From Mytilus edulis (taxonomy: Eukaryota): a DNA stretch of 64,000 nt. Each line of letters begins with the position of its first letter. Within the stretch, counting starts at the first letter, position 1. Shown one piece after another: positions 60,701 to 64,000 of this stretch. The position numbers and the translations under genes were made by a program. Where the stretch lies: assembly GCF_963676685.1 (NCBI RefSeq), contig NC_092347.1, forward strand, positions 72,044,001 through 72,108,000. Reading direction: 5' to 3'. The notes beneath the pieces were generated by a model, which saw only the letters and a list, made by a program, of their open reading frames with translations, ran no database searches and had not been told where the DNA came from.

Positions 60701-63602
60701 GCGATTGTTGAACAATGAACAATAATGTGAGATTAATTACTTAGCAAATGCCGAGTACAAATAATGCTAGCATATTTTACGTACGGTGAAAACTATTTCT
60801 CTTTCACAATCCCCCCCCAAAAAAACAACAGATTTAACAGTTATTAGTACAATAATTATTGAACTGCATGGTTGCATGAAAATGATTTAACATCTATAAG
60901 AGTAAATATAAAAGTATAAATGTTTCCAAATAGCTATTGTGAGTTTTTGGGTTTTCAGATGATACCTAAAAAGTATGATAAAGCTTTCAAATTTTTTCTC
61001 TGTCTCAATGAGAGGTTGAACAAATATGTTTAGATTTCCTCAATTTCATTTATATGCTTTAACTTGGATTTTCTAAAAAATTTCAAAAATCTTATCAATT
61101 TACAAATCTAAAATGTAAACCCAATCTTTACAAAAAGATAACTATTAAAGATAATTCTAACTAATAAGAAATATTTAACTGAGGTATTTGTTAATGCTGA
61201 TGAAAAATTTAGGCATGCAACATGTGTAACATAAAGCATAATTATGGGCTTGGGTTTACATTTGACCAAAGTATGTTCTATACATAAAAATAAATTCTGC
61301 TCAAGAAAATATGGTAATAAATTCTTCAAAAGTAGTTATATTTTTTAAATCCTTTATATATTTCAATATAAACTTGAGAAAATTTAAAATTATAACTTAT
61401 TATTAGCATTTTAATTTAATAAATTTTGTGAATAAAGTTGGATGTCTGTCATCACTGTTACAAGTTCTAAAACAAATTATTAGTGACCACTTAAGCTTAT
61501 CACCTTTTAGATACAGCATGAGTCTCACTTTAATTATTTGTAAAACTAGATTTGTCCATATTACACAAATGGTATCAGGGCTCTAAAATTCGGTGAAGAG
61601 AAGGCCCACAAAAAGGAAATGATTTGTAACTTACTAATTAATATCTGTAAACCAAATATAAGCTTATTATCAGGTATAACAATGAACAAAGTCTGGATTA
61701 CTGATTAGTTGTTACTGGATAAAAGAATTACAGAACAAATATGATGGAAAAGGATAACACTATATTCTCCCCTCAACTGGCATGAAAATGGTCAGTTATA
61801 CTCAACCTACTAGAATAAAAAAACAATGCAGATTTCTCGTCACTGGTGACTGGTTTAGCCCCAAGTCATTCTTGATTACCCCATCAATATAAATAGCTGT
61901 TAATAATTGTGTGTAAAAAAAGAGTGTTAAATATATTGCTTAAAATATGTATGTAAATAGTTAAAATTGATCACTACAAATACTGTGAAAAAAAATGTTA
62001 TGGCATCTGAAGTTCTTTTGTAGAAAGTTGAATAAAATTTATTTGTAGCTAAAAACATACAACATGTAGAGTAGGACCAGATCATTAGTAGAACAAATTG
62101 TGTTAGTAATATTCACAAAGAAAGTTTTAAAACAAAAAAATCATGGGTCCACCACCAAATTATCTCAAAACTAGATTAAAGGTAATACCAAGCAAAAAAA
62201 ATTATGTTTTGTAGAAATCTATTCTACAACATATAAGCAATAACAACCTAATTCCTTGCATTTCATTCTCTAAATATTGTATTGAACAACTATAATTTAG
62301 TTTTTATTACAATCAGTATAAACATAGCACTGAAAGAGCAAGTATGATCAAAACTTGAATGCAAAATGTTCAGTTGAGCAAAGAAAATTATGAAATGAAA
62401 GTTTTGTATAAGAAGACTTGTCATCATTAATTGGGGATTTAAGAGTTGCAAAAGCAGTTTAACTTGTCATTCAGTAAAATGATATATGATAAACATTGTT
62501 GCTACATTTATGCTGATTGTAATTATGATAAGATGTACTATTCTAAAACTAAGAATGAACTGTAAAAAAATCATTTGAACAAATTCACTGCTTGATTATA
62601 AGATAAACATACAAGAAAAGACCATACAATATAAGAACCAGTTTAACAACTTTTATTATGGCATGTGTATCAGTTCCATTCACTGGAGCTCAGAATATTG
62701 CTGTTAATTCCAATATAGTGAGAATGAAAAACAAAGAATTACATTGTTAAGTCTAAAAATAATACTCTAGAAAGCTTATCACAGCATTTACATCTAATGC
62801 ACAATCCCTTCAACTAAAATTACTCTTTCATTTACAATATTGTTATTCTGAAAATAAAAATTGCACTCACACAAATGGCATAAAATTGTTATTTTGATAA
62901 ATAAAAAATGCATAAATCAATAAAAACAAAACAAAAACAACTGACTATTCTCATAAACAAATATTGAACACAATGATTTAAATATATGATGTCATAAAAT
63001 TTGTAGTTAAAAATAAAACTGAACTTGACACATTTATATACATTTTTAGACACTTGTAAGAATTGTTTAAAATTACACATGTTTAATATACTAACAGTCT
63101 CATTAACTATTCATAATTCATGATTTAACAATAAAACGGTGGTTTATATTACAAGATCACTTTGATTTTTACATGAAACTCAGAAAGAATATGAAATTAT
63201 ATCAAATAGGATTTTACTTTCACATCAGATAAGATTTGAATTTCTCATTAAAAAGGTTTTTAACTTCATATTAAATAGTATATAACCTTTACATCAGGCA
63301 GAATTGACCTTCAAATCAGATAAGATAAGACCTATAGACAACTTCAACTGCTTTCTATTCGACAAACTATAAATTTGAAAATTTGTATGGCAATTCATGA
63401 ATATTTTTTGTTTAATAAACAGCAAGAATTTCAGGTCCATATGACATTATTAGTGTAAAAAAATAGGGACCTTTGATATGGAGAGTACAGGTCATAATAT
63501 TCTGCTTCTTTAAAAAAAAAAAATTTCAACAACAAATAATGAAGAAATTGTAAACTGAAATAATAAATTTTTCACAATAAAAACTTCAAAATGTAAGTTT
63601 AA

Positions 63603-63876
63603 GGTGGTACCTAACACCTGAACTAAAATTAATTTGGCTCGTTTAATTTTCTTAAAATTTTGACAAATTATTTACTTTGACCCTTTAACAAAAATATGAA
63701 AAAAATCAAAAAGATGGAACCAACCGTTTAATCAGAAAAATTACACTGGTTATATAGCAATTTGACAAACACTTATTTTGATCATTGAGAAGCTTAATAT
63801 TCCCTTGAGAACACAACGTCATTAAAACGTTCTGCTTATTTTACAGAGTTATCTCCCTGTAGTGTCAGGTACCACC
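63603..63876. mobile_element. MITE with TTAA TSD (Kolobok-type ends)
   Basis: TTAA-GGTGGTACCTAACAC ... GTGTCAGGTACCACC-TTAA. Confidence 0.88.
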
Positions 63877-64000
63877 TTAATCTGATGTGGTTAGTTACAA
63901 ATCATGTTTTAGTCATATTCATTCCACATTTTTCCCTTTGTTTCATTTTTTCAAGATCCGCCTCTGTCAAATTCACAAAGTTATTCTTCCATATAAATAA

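Noticed and set aside
57840-63590. Short ORFs and a possible Gypsy 5' LTR in the AT-rich tail
   Set aside because: ORFs are low-complexity with no motifs; no match to the 40119-41556 LTR seen; likely intronic or intergenic

Overview
AT-rich eukaryotic (animal) DNA, most likely a bivalve such as Mytilus (inferred from the repeat families, not proven). I see no intact host gene. The window is a nest of transposable elements. LTR elements: at least five BEL/Pao copies (four with a tRNA-His primer-binding site, two with paired LTRs and 5-bp TSDs), and one Gypsy element (about 40.1-57.8 kb, minus strand, 1.44-kb 3' LTR) with an internal tandem duplication and two nested BEL insertions. Other elements: many 5'-truncated Penelope-like copies, hammerhead-ribozyme-bearing non-autonomous repeats, DNA-transposon relics (Academ-like, two pogo-like, piggyBac-like, a spliced Kolobok/Mutator-like DDE gene, a Harbinger-type Myb/SANT exon, MITEs) and a degraded SETD8-like SET domain. 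The most notable observation is an extra ORF downstream of the Gypsy integrase that the ORF track misses because a BEL element splits it. Rejoined at the TSD, it reads in frame as about 340 aa: two C2H2 zinc fingers, a Pro/Ser/Thr-rich linker and four TQT/VQT motifs of the dynein light chain LC8-binding type, an ASCIZ/ATMIN-like layout. All family assignments are from motif recognition by eye; no database searches were run.
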